Shown one piece after another: positions 54,716 to 64,000 of a DNA stretch of 64,000 nucleotides (position 1 is the first letter of the stretch; each line of letters starts with the position of its first letter). This stretch comes from Saprospiraceae bacterium. GTDB lineage: Bacteria > Bacteroidota > Bacteroidia > Chitinophagales > Saprospiraceae. The stretch is from positions 776,017-840,016 of the forward strand of contig JADJGA010000003.1 of NCBI GenBank assembly GCA_016708265.1. The letters run 5' to 3'. Both the position numbers and the translations under genes were made by a program. The notes below the pieces were generated by a model that did not search any database, was not told the DNA's origin, and saw nothing but the letters and a program-made list of their open reading frames with translations.

Positions 54716-55144
54716 TTAGGTGTTAAGCCCTGTTACAATTTTATCGATTATTGGTACAACATTCTGAATAAATTCAAAATAGCCTTTCTCTTCAAATTCT
54801 GCTAATTTTTTGGTGACATCGATAATTGTCTCATTGAATATCGGTCCAACTTCTTTAGAAAGATCAAATGCCATTTCTAAAATATTCATAACTTCTTTGA
54901 AATTTTTAATATTTCTCAGAAAAGTTATAAGCAGGTCAGTAACTTCTTCCGGATTAATTTCTACCTGACGTTTGTCCAGTTCTTCTACTGCTGTATCATA
55001 AAAATCTTTACCGATAATTGTGAGATCACCTGTAAGATCATCCAGTCCTTGTGTCGTAAGACGCTGTCTGTTGACATAGTCCAGCACGATGTCAATTTTT
55101 GCTTCTAAAGCGTCCAGTCTTTTATTAATTGCTTGTTCGTCCAT
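54716..55144 (-). CDS. DUF1641 domain protein (commonly adjacent to SQR-type flavoproteins)
   Basis: 142 aa helical protein with the DUF1641-type pattern; immediately upstream of the SQR-like gene. Confidence 0.55.
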   Translation of the reverse strand: MDEQAINKRLDALEAKIDIVLDYVNRQRLTTQGLDDLTGDLTIIGKDFYDTAVEELDKRQVEINPEEVTDLLITFLRNIKNFKEVMNILEMAFDLSKEVGPIFNETIIDVTKKLAEFEEKGYFEFIQNVVPIIDKIVTGLNT

Positions 55145-55154
55145 GATCAGCAGA

Positions 55155-56393
55155 TTAATTGGTTTGTTTTTGTTTACCTGCCATCGACATATGAGCTTCG
55201 ATTGGCATTTCTTTTCCTTTCAGAAGAATATGCCAATATATCCACCTGAAAAGTATCTTACCATAATGATTTATCTTAGTATTTTTAAGCAAACCAAAAG
55301 GTCCGATCCCAGGGAGCGGGAATGTACCCGGCAATGGTTCAGTATCGTAATTGAAGTCAATTAAAGCTCCTTTACCATAGCCTGTTTCGATATAACAGTT
55401 GGCATGCCCGTCAAATTTAGCTTTCATTGGACGTCCCTCTATTGCACTCAAAAAGTTCTCTGTCAGGATCTCTGCGGCAAAATGTGCCACTGACCCTGCT
55501 TTTGAAGTTGGCAGATTAGCTGCATCACCAATTACAAATATATTTTCAAAATCTTTTGACTGAAGAGTGTATTTATCGGTTTTTGCATAATTCATATCAT
55601 CACCCAGGCCACTTCTCTTTACCATCTCATTGCCCATATTTACCGGAACAATTGTGAGTATATCAAAGGGGACTTCCTGACCATCATATGACAATATCTT
55701 CTTATTGTCGTTATCAACGCTTTCAAGGTAGAATTCAGGTATTATGCTGATATTCTTCTCTTCAAGCAGGGCTGAAAGCATTTTAGTCGCTACAGGTTTT
55801 GTAAATGCTCCTGACATAGGAGTCACATAAGTGATTTTGACTTTATCCCTGATCCCTTTTTTTGTGAAATAAGCTTCAGCCAGGAACACAAATTCGAGAG
55901 GAGCAACAGGGCATTTATAAGGTATCTCAGAAATGCACATTACCAGATTCCCACCTTCCCAGTCTTTGAATTTTTTTGTAGCGCAACTGCACCTTCTATA
56001 CTGTAAAAATCAAATATATCATTATACCCAAAGTTTATCCTTCAATCCAGGTGTCATATCCGGCCTGGTCTCAGTTCCTGTTGCCAGAATGAGATAATCA
56101 TATTGTAATACTTTTCCTCCTTCCAGGTAAACTTTATTTTCTTTCCCGTCTATTCTGTCAATAGAGTTAAAAATAACATTTACTCCTGGAGGGAAGAAAT
56201 CGTATTTTGGTTTAGTTACATCCTGTTTGGTATATATTCCAAAAGGAATAAACAAAAATCCTGGTTGATAATAATGTGTCTTATACTGGTCGACAATCGT
56301 AAATTCCCATTCATTAAGGTCAAGTATTTTGTACAATTTGTTCAGCATCATTGTACCTGCTGTCCCAGCCCCTAATATCAATAATTTCTTCAT
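55155..56393 (-). pseudogene. sqr: Sulfide:quinone oxidoreductase-like FAD-dependent pyridine nucleotide-disulfide oxidoreductase. Split into 56022..56393 and 55155..55940 with a third-frame segment between (two shifts, one at an A7 run ~55975)
   Basis: N-terminus KKLLILGAGTAGT (FAD Rossmann); PYKCPVAPLEF redox Cys motif; FVIGDAAN FAD-binding 2; intervening frame encodes FGYNDIFDFYSIEGAVALQK. Confidence 0.7.
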
Positions 56394-56537
56394 TTTACAA
56401 TTATAATTTTAGTTTTTAGATAAAATAATTTTATTGGATGCAAAAGTATAGTCAGTATTTCTAAAACTAAAAAATATAGATATGACATAGTACAGTTTAT
56501 GATATATGTCATATCTTTGGGGCAAAATATTATTTTG

Positions 56538-57215
56538 ATGTATTGCTCGTGCGAATCATGTCATATAAACAATACTTTCTTCACATTGATCCAGGAAGCA
56601 GGAGTTGATAAGTTTTGTCATTCAAGGTCAGAGATTAAAATTCCATCAGGAAAAACATTCATAAATCAAGGTGATGAAATTAAAAGTTTTAAATATCTTA
56701 AAGAGGGATTGATAAAACTACACAGGCTTGATATTAATGGCAAAGATCAGATAATTTTTTTTGGCAGACCTTTGGATTATATCAGTATACAAAATACATT
56801 TTCCGAAAAAACCTACAATTATTCTGTCACCGCAATTGAGAATAGTACTGTATGTATATTTGATATTAATGTCATGAAAGATCTGATCCAGACTAACGGG
56901 AAATTTGCAATAAAAATGCTTGAAATTTCAAGTATGGCATTGAACAGGATTATCGACAATTCCCTTGAACTTATCAGCAAAACCATGTATGGCAAAGTAG
57001 CCAGCCTGCTGCTCTTTTTTAGTGAAAAGTTTATCTTAAAGATAGTTTCGATTTACCGGTTTCAAGAAAGGAAATAGCGCAATATACAGGCCTTTCAATC
57101 GAAACTGTGATAAGAGTGATCTCAGAATTCCGTAAAGATGGGATTATAAAAGTATTTGGTAAAAGAATTGAAATTGTGAATAAGCCCGGATTAATTTCAC
57201 TTAATGAACATAATT
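56538..57215 (+). pseudogene. Crp/Fnr-family transcriptional regulator with N-terminal Cys cluster (MYCSCESCH), frameshifted before the HTH (~57075)
   Basis: cNMP-binding-like beta-roll region (GDEIKSFKYLKEGLIKL); C-terminal HTH VSRKEIAQYTGLSIETVIRVISEFRKDGII in the adjacent frame. Confidence 0.6.
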
Positions 57216-57231
57216 GATTCTGAATAAAATG

Positions 57232-57930
57232 TGTCAGGATTTATAAATACCATTGAGACTCACTTCGGAATCAAACAGAACAAATTCGGCTTTCTTCTCT
57301 TTTAGAAAACTACTGATCTTTTCATTATTTAAATCCTTGATCACTGTATTATTATAAATGACAAATATTGTATTTTGGTTTTAACAAAGCCCAAACCCAT
57401 TGCACCATTTTCAATTGAGATACGTTGGATATCATCAAAATGCCTGTTCACTTTTGGATGGGACTGTAAAAACAAATTGTTTTTCAATCCTGAGTTTATC
57501 AGATCCAGATCACTGATTATTAATCCATTGATTAGTGAGGTCAGGCTTGTTGAAAAGTTGTCTGATAGGGCTAAGGAAAATTCTTCTCCCGGATTGTTAT
57601 ATTTTTCTTTTTGAAAATAGAATGAGCTGAAATACAATCCTTTAGGATGGTAGATTTTGTGAATCCTTTTTGCAGTACCAGGGTCATAAGCCATAAATCC
57701 CCCAAAAAGATTGGCTGCCACAGAAGCAAGATTAATACCAAACCCAAGTTTTAATTCAATTTCCTCCACAAAGTCGAATATCTGTTTTTTATCCTGATTG
57801 ATCTTATGCAGCTCATTGATCGCTGATATCAAAGCTGTTATTGATGCCTCAATATTCCCCAAACCTGAATTGAAAGGTATCCTGTTGCTAATATTGAATA
57901 CAGTTCCAGCTCCAATATTAAACTTTTCTG
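57232..57930 (-). pseudogene. GHMP-kinase-like protein fragment (N-terminus missing, internal frameshift)
   Basis: Frame immediately following the Bcp catalytic domain reads ...NIGAGTVFNISNRIPFNSGLGNIEASITA..., reminiscent of the PxGSGLGSSAA GHMP motif. No start codon; a C-terminal piece lies in another frame down to ~57232. Confidence 0.25.
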
Positions 57931-58356
57931 CAAAGGCATTACCTGCTTTAATGAGCTTGTCAATTGTCCATTTTCACCTATCACAAAAGTTGTCCTCATT
58001 ATACCCATATATTCACGGCCATACATTTTTTTAGGTCCGTATACTCCATATGCTTTTGCAATATTCAAGTCAACATCAGCTATCAGTTCAAATGGAATAT
58101 TGTGCTTTTCCCTGAATTTGCAGTGGCTGTCAGCTGAATCAGGACTTACACCAACAATTTTATAATTTTTACTGTGCCAGAATTTAAAGTTTTCAGACAG
58201 ATTTTCTGCCTGAACAGTGCATCCGGAGGTAAAATCCTTCGGATAAAAATATAATATCAGCTTGCTACCCCTGAAATCTGACAATCTGATTTGTTTGGAA
58301 TCCTGATTGATACCTGAAAACTCAGGAGCTGTATCTCCTTTAATTAAATGACTCAT
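57838..58356 (-). CDS. bcp: Peroxiredoxin Bcp (thiol peroxidase)
   Basis: GDTAPEFSGINQDSKQIRLSDFRGSKLILYFYPKDFTSGCTVQA; the last ~30 codons of the ORF look non-native (true C-terminus probably lost to a frameshift near 57930). Confidence 0.8.
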   Translation of the reverse strand: MSHLIKGDTAPEFSGINQDSKQIRLSDFRGSKLILYFYPKDFTSGCTVQAENLSENFKFWHSKNYKIVGVSPDSADSHCKFREKHNIPFELIADVDLNIAKAYGVYGPKKMYGREYMGIMRTTFVIGENGQLTSSLKQVMPLQKSLILELELYSILATGYLSIQVWGILRHQ

Positions 58357-58361
58357 GATTT

Positions 58362-60059
58362 TTATTTTATAAATGTTTTGTTGTACTCGGCAGCATTGCC
58401 TTTAGTATCAGTTACAATCAATTTTAAAGAATGTTTACCTGGTTTGAGATTTTTGTCAAATTTGTGAGTAAGATTTTTGTATTTTTTATCATATTCAAAT
58501 AATACCCATTCTCCGTCAATGTATCCATCAGCTTTGAGATGGGGAACTGTTAAACCTGAACTGAAGTTATCTGTTACAGAAAAAATAATTCTGTCTGATT
58601 TCTTCATATTTGATTTTAAATTCCTTGGTTTAAGTGTTGGTTTTATGCTGTCTGCCATGATCTTATAAGTTCCTTCTTCACCTATTTTAGCATACATATA
58701 ACCGTCCTTAAATATTCCTCCTATGTTTTTCCTTTTGCCTCCATCAATGCGGATTATGCACATTTTATCGAAATACTTATCCGGTTTAATTGGTTTTATA
58801 TAAAGATCAATACTGTTTTTAAATGCATCTTTATTGATTGAAATGTCAATGCTGTGTGAATATCCTGAACTGTCCTTTTTGATCACTGATAAAAATGTAT
58901 TTATAAAAAAACAATTATCACCAGCCCTGATGATATAATCCGGATCAGATATTTCATATTTCTGTCCAAGGGGGATGAAGTGGTTATAAATCAATTTATC
59001 TGATTTCAACATCACACTATCTTTGATCAAATTGAATTTCAGAACAGACTTATTTCCATCAAAGTCTTCAGCTATAATTTCAATCTTTTTTGAGATGTTA
59101 GTATCAAGTTTTATTACAGCCTTATCTGATTTTATATCGTAAATATTCAAAGCATTACCAGACAATACAAACAGACGGTGATAAATATATCCGGTTCTCA
59201 AAAATTCCTTGTGGTCTATGTGGGCTTTATATGATGACAGCTGTTTCCCATCCATGTTTTCCATTTTAAAGACAAAAACGGGAAAACTGTCAATTATCAG
59301 AGTTATTTTAAAAATTCCGTTATGGTTTGTGGATCCATTTACCATATCATAGCCCATTATTTCAATCCCAACATTATCAGCTCCAAATTTTATCGTATCA
59401 GAACCAATTGTAAATGAATCAGGTTTAGATTTTTTTAAATTGTAAACCTTAGAATTAATAGAGTTGAAATCGTGATCAATCCCCACAATTTTTATTTTTT
59501 TGCTGCACTGGGGGAATTGTATCCTGACTTTAATTCCAAATAGCTGGGGATTATAACTATTGCTGGAAATGGTGTTCAGTATCTCAAAATGTAGGTGAGG
59601 TCCGTTTGAAGCCCCTGAATTACCTATGTAACCAATTATCTGTCCTTGTACCACTGGGAAATTTAAAGAATCGAGATTTAATTCAAAGGTTTGGTTCAAA
59701 ATCTGGTAATCTCTTACGAATCTTTCAATATCAGGACTAAACCTGTCAAGGTGAGCATAAAGGCTCGAATATCCGTTTGGATGATCAATTATCAGCAGAT
59801 TCCCATAACCATCCGGAGCAACACTTATTCGTCTGATGATTCCATCCATTATTGCAACTGCATAATTATCTTTTACTGCCCTGTTGATTTTCAGATCGAT
59901 ACCATTGTGAAAGTGATTGGGCCTCAGTTCTCCGTATAATCCGCTAAACCTGAGCTCATGCAGGACAGGAGATATAAACTGTGCTTTGAGATTAAGAATA
60001 AATACCAGGGGAAAAATAATATTTAAGAAAAACCTCACTTCTCTCTTCTTCAACTCCAT
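58362..60059 (-). CDS. M23 family metallopeptidase (LytM-like) with long C-terminal extension
   Basis: HNGIDL, LYAHL and GPHLHFEI motifs (HxxxD / HxH) in the N-terminal third; 565 aa. Confidence 0.8.
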   Translation of the reverse strand: MELKKREVRFFLNIIFPLVFILNLKAQFISPVLHELRFSGLYGELRPNHFHNGIDLKINRAVKDNYAVAIMDGIIRRISVAPDGYGNLLIIDHPNGYSSLYAHLDRFSPDIERFVRDYQILNQTFELNLDSLNFPVVQGQIIGYIGNSGASNGPHLHFEILNTISSNSYNPQLFGIKVRIQFPQCSKKIKIVGIDHDFNSINSKVYNLKKSKPDSFTIGSDTIKFGADNVGIEIMGYDMVNGSTNHNGIFKITLIIDSFPVFVFKMENMDGKQLSSYKAHIDHKEFLRTGYIYHRLFVLSGNALNIYDIKSDKAVIKLDTNISKKIEIIAEDFDGNKSVLKFNLIKDSVMLKSDKLIYNHFIPLGQKYEISDPDYIIRAGDNCFFINTFLSVIKKDSSGYSHSIDISINKDAFKNSIDLYIKPIKPDKYFDKMCIIRIDGGKRKNIGGIFKDGYMYAKIGEEGTYKIMADSIKPTLKPRNLKSNMKKSDRIIFSVTDNFSSGLTVPHLKADGYIDGEWVLFEYDKKYKNLTHKFDKNLKPGKHSLKLIVTDTKGNAAEYNKTFIK

Positions 60060-60064
60060 AAGGA

Positions 60065-61087
60065 TTAAATATTTTTTACTATTTGTTTCAATAATTGTTC
60101 ACTGGCTTCGTAAGGAGTCAAAGAACCCTGAAGGATCTGACTTTTTATTTCATTGATGTGTCCGGTCATTCCTGAACGGGTTTCTATCAACTGCATAAAT
60201 TTGTTTAAAAAAATACTCTGGAACCATTTGACATTTTGTGATTTTCTGTTTTCTTCTAAATATCCATTTTTAATTATCAAATCCTTATATTGCAAAACGG
60301 TATCCCACAGACCAGCAATTCCAAAATTTTCGATAGCGGATGTCATTAATATTTTTCTTTCCCATTTATTGTCTTTTATGGGTAAATATTGCAGTATCCC
60401 TGAATATTGGCTCATGGTATGTTTTGCATTGACAATATTATCGCTGTCATATTTATTTATGACTATGATATCTGCAAGTTCCATTATTCCCCTTTTTATT
60501 CCCTGCAATTCATCTCCGCTACCTGGTTGTAAAATGAGAATAAATAAGTCAGTCATGGCAGCAACATCGGTTTCAGACTGGCCAACTCCGACTGTTTCTA
60601 TAAAAACCGGATCAAAACCAGCATTTTCAACTATAATGATAGATTCACGGCTATATTTGCCAACACCACCAAGTGTATTCCCTGCCGGTGAAGTTCTGAT
60701 AAAAGACTGAGGAGAATTTGAGAGTTCCTGCATTCTTGTCTTGTCCCCCAAAATACTTCCACTGCTCAGTCCACTGGAGGGGTCTACTGTGAGAACAGCA
60801 GGTTTCATATTCTGAGCTATCAGGTTCATTCCAAGACTTTCAAGCAGAGAGCTTTTGCTTGCTCCGGGAGCACCGCTTATGCCAATCCTTAAACTTTGCT
60901 TATTATTCTGCAGGCACATATTTACCAGTCTTTCAGCACTTTCCCTATTTTCTTCAGCTTCACTTTCTATCAGTGTTATTGCCCTGCTCAATTCAAAACG
61001 GTTACCAGAAACGACTTGTTGGTACAATTCGTTAACATCTGGCAATTTCCATTTGCTAAGCTGTATATCCGGGTTAAAAACGCTCAT
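60065..61087 (-). CDS. meaB: Methylmalonyl-CoA mutase-associated GTPase MeaB (ArgK)
   Basis: P-loop IGISGAPGASKSS; ETVGVGQSE switch; NKYD G4 motif. Confidence 0.85.
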   Translation of the reverse strand: MSVFNPDIQLSKWKLPDVNELYQQVVSGNRFELSRAITLIESEAEENRESAERLVNMCLQNNKQSLRIGISGAPGASKSSLLESLGMNLIAQNMKPAVLTVDPSSGLSSGSILGDKTRMQELSNSPQSFIRTSPAGNTLGGVGKYSRESIIIVENAGFDPVFIETVGVGQSETDVAAMTDLFILILQPGSGDELQGIKRGIMELADIIVINKYDSDNIVNAKHTMSQYSGILQYLPIKDNKWERKILMTSAIENFGIAGLWDTVLQYKDLIIKNGYLEENRKSQNVKWFQSIFLNKFMQLIETRSGMTGHINEIKSQILQGSLTPYEASEQLLKQIVKNI

Positions 61088-61401
61088 ATTGCAATTCTAA
61101 TATATATCATAACTTTATTTTTGAAAAAGTATTATTCAAGTTATCAGATTTACCGAAATGAAATTGAATAAGGCTAATTTCTAAAAGCATTACTTTTTGC
61201 ATCCATGGGATTGTAACCGGTATTAAAAGATTTTTTTGCTTTAATTAGAAGATAATGGAGAATCCTGAGACTAATCCGGAGCATGTGATCAAGCTGGTAC
61301 TTAACACTGCTATATTGGTTTTTGAAATTATTTTACTGTTTTCCAACCATTTGGTGAAATAATTCGTCTTTTGTGTATATTATCAAATAAATATTTTTTA
61401 A

Positions 61402-61894
61402 ATGAAGGCATTGATCTATTTATTAAGTATTGTTTCTTTGATGTTCATTTCATGTGGTAAATCAGAATTCGGAAGTGATATTCTTTATTCTAATTCATTT
61501 GAAACAACCCAGGATACAACAGGTATAGGTGGATATTGCTTTTGGATTTAGTTAAGGATGCTCCCCCAGTGGTGGAAACCAATCGTTATCGGTTTCATGC
61601 GGATGTTATGCACCACATGCTAATTTTAAAATAGGACCTTTTTCAAGTAATAATAATGTCAAACTTTCATTTTGGGGCAAAGGAAAAGATATTGGAGGAT
61701 CAGTTTCAATGAATATTGAATCTGATTATATTAACTTAAACATACCTGGAAACAATACATCATGGAGATATTATTCTTCAGACGAAATACTGCATTGTCC
61801 TGCCGGAAAAGAAATTTCAATCACTTTGTCGGCAGGAGGCAAAGCCTCAGGACAAATTACTGTTGATATGCTGAAAGTTGAGAAAGCCGATTAG
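61402..61894 (+). pseudogene. Small lipoprotein, two closely spaced frameshifts (T4 run ~61541, C5 run ~61563)
   Basis: MKALIYLLSIVSLMFISCGKSE lipobox; three frames join as ...GYCFW/LDLVKDAP/SGGNQSLSVSCGCYAP... into ORF 61709..61894. Confidence 0.4.
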
Positions 61895-62148
61895 GTGAAT
61901 TAATAAGATCAGCGCATTTTTCGACTCGGTTGCAAACCGAGCCGATTGGATTGTTAGTGCCTGCATAATCTCTGGGCCCAAAATCATCTTCAATAACATC
62001 TGTTGGCATAATATAAGGTCCATGAACTTTATCGGTACTGGGATAATAAATGTAATAATGTCGAGATTGAGCATATATTGAAAAAATGCAAATATAACTA
62101 AACTTATGGAATATATAGTTCTTTTCATCTTAATAATAATTTTTAAGT

Positions 62149-63384
62149 TCATTCTATATTAATCGTAGCAAATTCAAATTTTTGTAAATATTTTATCCTA
62201 TTATTTATAAGTTTTTCTCTCGCCAATTTTGTATCATCCCATTCTTTTTGAAGCCATAATTTTTTATATAATAATTGATTTTCATCATCGAAATAAATAT
62301 GATAATCATAATGCAAATTGTCACTTGGGGTAGAATATGTGTTTTTAAGTAAACCACTTATATCCATCCATAATCTGTTAAAAGCCAGAATCCCGTCATC
62401 AGTGAATTCTTTATAAACTATTTTCTGATCACTTAGTGTCATCAAAGCCCAGCCTGTTCTGTATGTTTTTGGCATTGGATTATTTGCAGAACGGATACCT
62501 CCTCCAAATTTAAACATCATATATTTTCCATTGTTACTTACTACTGCTCCACCCATATTCGGATAATCTTTGATTTCATATTGCAGGTTGCCACTAAGGT
62601 CATAAATCCTCGATGTGTTTTTAAATTTTATGATCAGTCCGTCTTTCATTGATCGCAGTCTGTAATTTACTATGACATGCTGGCCTTCTGATCTCACATC
62701 AGTAAACAATGAATATTCATCAGGTATCAAAGTAGTATCTATAGCCATCTCCATACCTTCGGCATCAAAATGATAATAAGTTAATCTCTTATCTCCCACT
62801 TCCTGATAAGGTCTGTCTTTCCAAATATCAATAGTTTTGATAGTTTGAAATGTAGTATCCATAAATTCCAGTTTCAAGGGTTGTCTGCTATAATAAAAAT
62901 CTTTATCGACTTCTTTAGGGAATTCACTATATAATAGTACAGTAGGTGATAATTGTGTTATCTGATTAAATACCCATCTGCGATGTGTGGAAACCCCGAA
63001 TAATGTGTCTTGATAAACCACTTTGATATCTTCACCTCCCGGCTGATCGGGATTTATTTTGAATGTTACATTTTTTCCCATGAATGATCTGGTAATAGGT
63101 ATTTGTGCGTCAGACTTCCAGTTTAGGTCTGGTACTCCCTGACTTGATAAGACTGGATCTGATTTCTGGGCAGAAATTTCAGTTATGTTCTTTGGACTTG
63201 AACTACTTTCAATCGGTTTAGAAACTTTCTTTCCTACCCCACATCCATTACAGCCTATCAATACAAATATCCAAATCAAAATTTGAATTGATAATATTGA
63301 ATTTATATGAAGGGTTTCCTTTTTAATTTTATCTTTAAAGTTTGATTTTACCAAGGCTATAAATATTTTAATACTTCTAATCAA
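62149..63384 (-). CDS. Hypothetical lipoprotein (411 aa)
   Basis: TM/lipobox-like ILIWIFVLIGCNGC near the N-terminus; no recognised domain. Confidence 0.45.
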   Translation of the reverse strand: MIRSIKIFIALVKSNFKDKIKKETLHINSILSIQILIWIFVLIGCNGCGVGKKVSKPIESSSSPKNITEISAQKSDPVLSSQGVPDLNWKSDAQIPITRSFMGKNVTFKINPDQPGGEDIKVVYQDTLFGVSTHRRWVFNQITQLSPTVLLYSEFPKEVDKDFYYSRQPLKLEFMDTTFQTIKTIDIWKDRPYQEVGDKRLTYYHFDAEGMEMAIDTTLIPDEYSLFTDVRSEGQHVIVNYRLRSMKDGLIIKFKNTSRIYDLSGNLQYEIKDYPNMGGAVVSNNGKYMMFKFGGGIRSANNPMPKTYRTGWALMTLSDQKIVYKEFTDDGILAFNRLWMDISGLLKNTYSTPSDNLHYDYHIYFDDENQLLYKKLWLQKEWDDTKLAREKLINNRIKYLQKFEFATINIE

Positions 63385-63712
63385 AAATCATACCAATAAT
63401 CACATACATACCATACATAAATAATTATATTTCTATTTACTTACATATTTAATAAATTCTTATAGGAGCATTATATTATTACGAACTGGCAGAAATTCTG
63501 CCCCTCTTAGTGTTTTCACCAACGGGTTGGGACTTAGGGTAATTTATCGCTGGTGATAACACCAGCAACGGCTAAAAGGAATATCGGTTTTTAAATTTTT
63601 ATGTTCCATAACTGATTGAAATACATTTTAAAACTTGTCCGAATGGATCATTTTTCCTTGTTTTTAAATCAATTATTACCTAACAAAACAACATTGTTAC
63701 AAAAATCAAATT

Positions 63713-64000
63713 TATCAGATTTTCAATTTCCTGCTAAATAAATAGGTCTGAAATTTATTTTTTCATCATTCCCCCATTTGAATTTTCCATATACAATAGC
63801 ATGCCCTATCTCAGGATAGTTTTTAAGCAGGTAATGAAGGCTTTTGAGACTACCTTTCATACCTGCTTTTACTTCTATCGGGGTTATACTGTTGTTGTAG
63901 ATGGCAATAAAATCAACCTCTGCATTAGATCCAGATTCAGTTCTTGCCCAATACTTAAGTTCATGTTGCTGAGCAGAAATTTGCTGAGCTACAAATTGTT
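63713..64000 (-). CDS. C-terminal part of a DUF4143-type AAA ATPase (3'-partial; gene continues beyond the window end)
   Basis: ...WARTESGSNAEVDFIAIYNNSITPIEVKAG... matches the DUF4143 C-terminal pattern (YWR...EVDFV); stop at 63713-63715. Confidence 0.5.

Noticed and set aside
63481-63600. Possible small ncRNA (caccaacgggttgggacttagggtaatttatcgctggtgataacaccagc)
   Set aside because: Only weak, imperfect pairing (caccaac/gttggg; ctggtg/caccag); no recognisable family and nothing to corroborate it.

Overview
The window is a low-GC (~33-35%) chromosomal segment that looks like Bacteroidota. The supporting evidence is several secreted proteins ending in T9SS (type IX secretion system) C-terminal sorting domains, a ~300-aa long-form NusB, and TAATTTG-like (-7 box-like) motifs.

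- **Left third (1-17 kb):** a glycogen/alpha-glucan metabolism cluster. It contains a glycogen debranching enzyme, a GT4/GT5-like glycosyltransferase, a GH57 enzyme, and an unbroken 1405-aa fusion of a GT3 glycogen synthase to a DUF3417/GT35 alpha-glucan phosphorylase. The cluster is interrupted by two T9SS cargo genes, each bracketed by copies of a ~270-330 bp intergenic repeat that carries conserved palindromes.
- **Middle (17-40 kb):** TauE/SafE and SSS transporters, a frameshifted OM beta-barrel protein with ~8 tandem Ig-like domains, a frameshifted PpiD-like parvulin PPIase, a third T9SS cargo paralog, a CoA-transferase, AhcY, a flotillin/NfeD pair, an S9 peptidase, an MFS transporter, tRNA-Ala(GGC) and NusB.
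- **Right (40-64 kb):** an arsenic-resistance island (thioredoxin-like, ArsR, two tandem secreted CxxC proteins, CcdA/DsbD-like, LMW-PTP ArsC, ACR3, ArsP-like permease). Two elements, each carrying a four-helix-bundle gene (TIGR02436-like), have inserted into it. These elements are flanked by AATTTGCTAATT / GAGAATGTG repeat arrays. Further right are a reprolysin-like metalloprotease with a P-domain and a GGT. A sulfide-oxidation/persulfide-relay module follows (SQR, DUF1641, DsrC/TusE, DsrE-like, Cys-rich Crp/Fnr). The window ends with Bcp, an M23 peptidase and MeaB.

The genome also carries many 7-12 nt tandem micro-repeats in intergenic spacers and a recurring TCCCG...CGGGA hairpin. Many genes in the right two-thirds are broken by frameshifts that map to homopolymer runs. 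This is probably an assembly error signature, but pseudogenisation cannot be excluded from sequence alone.
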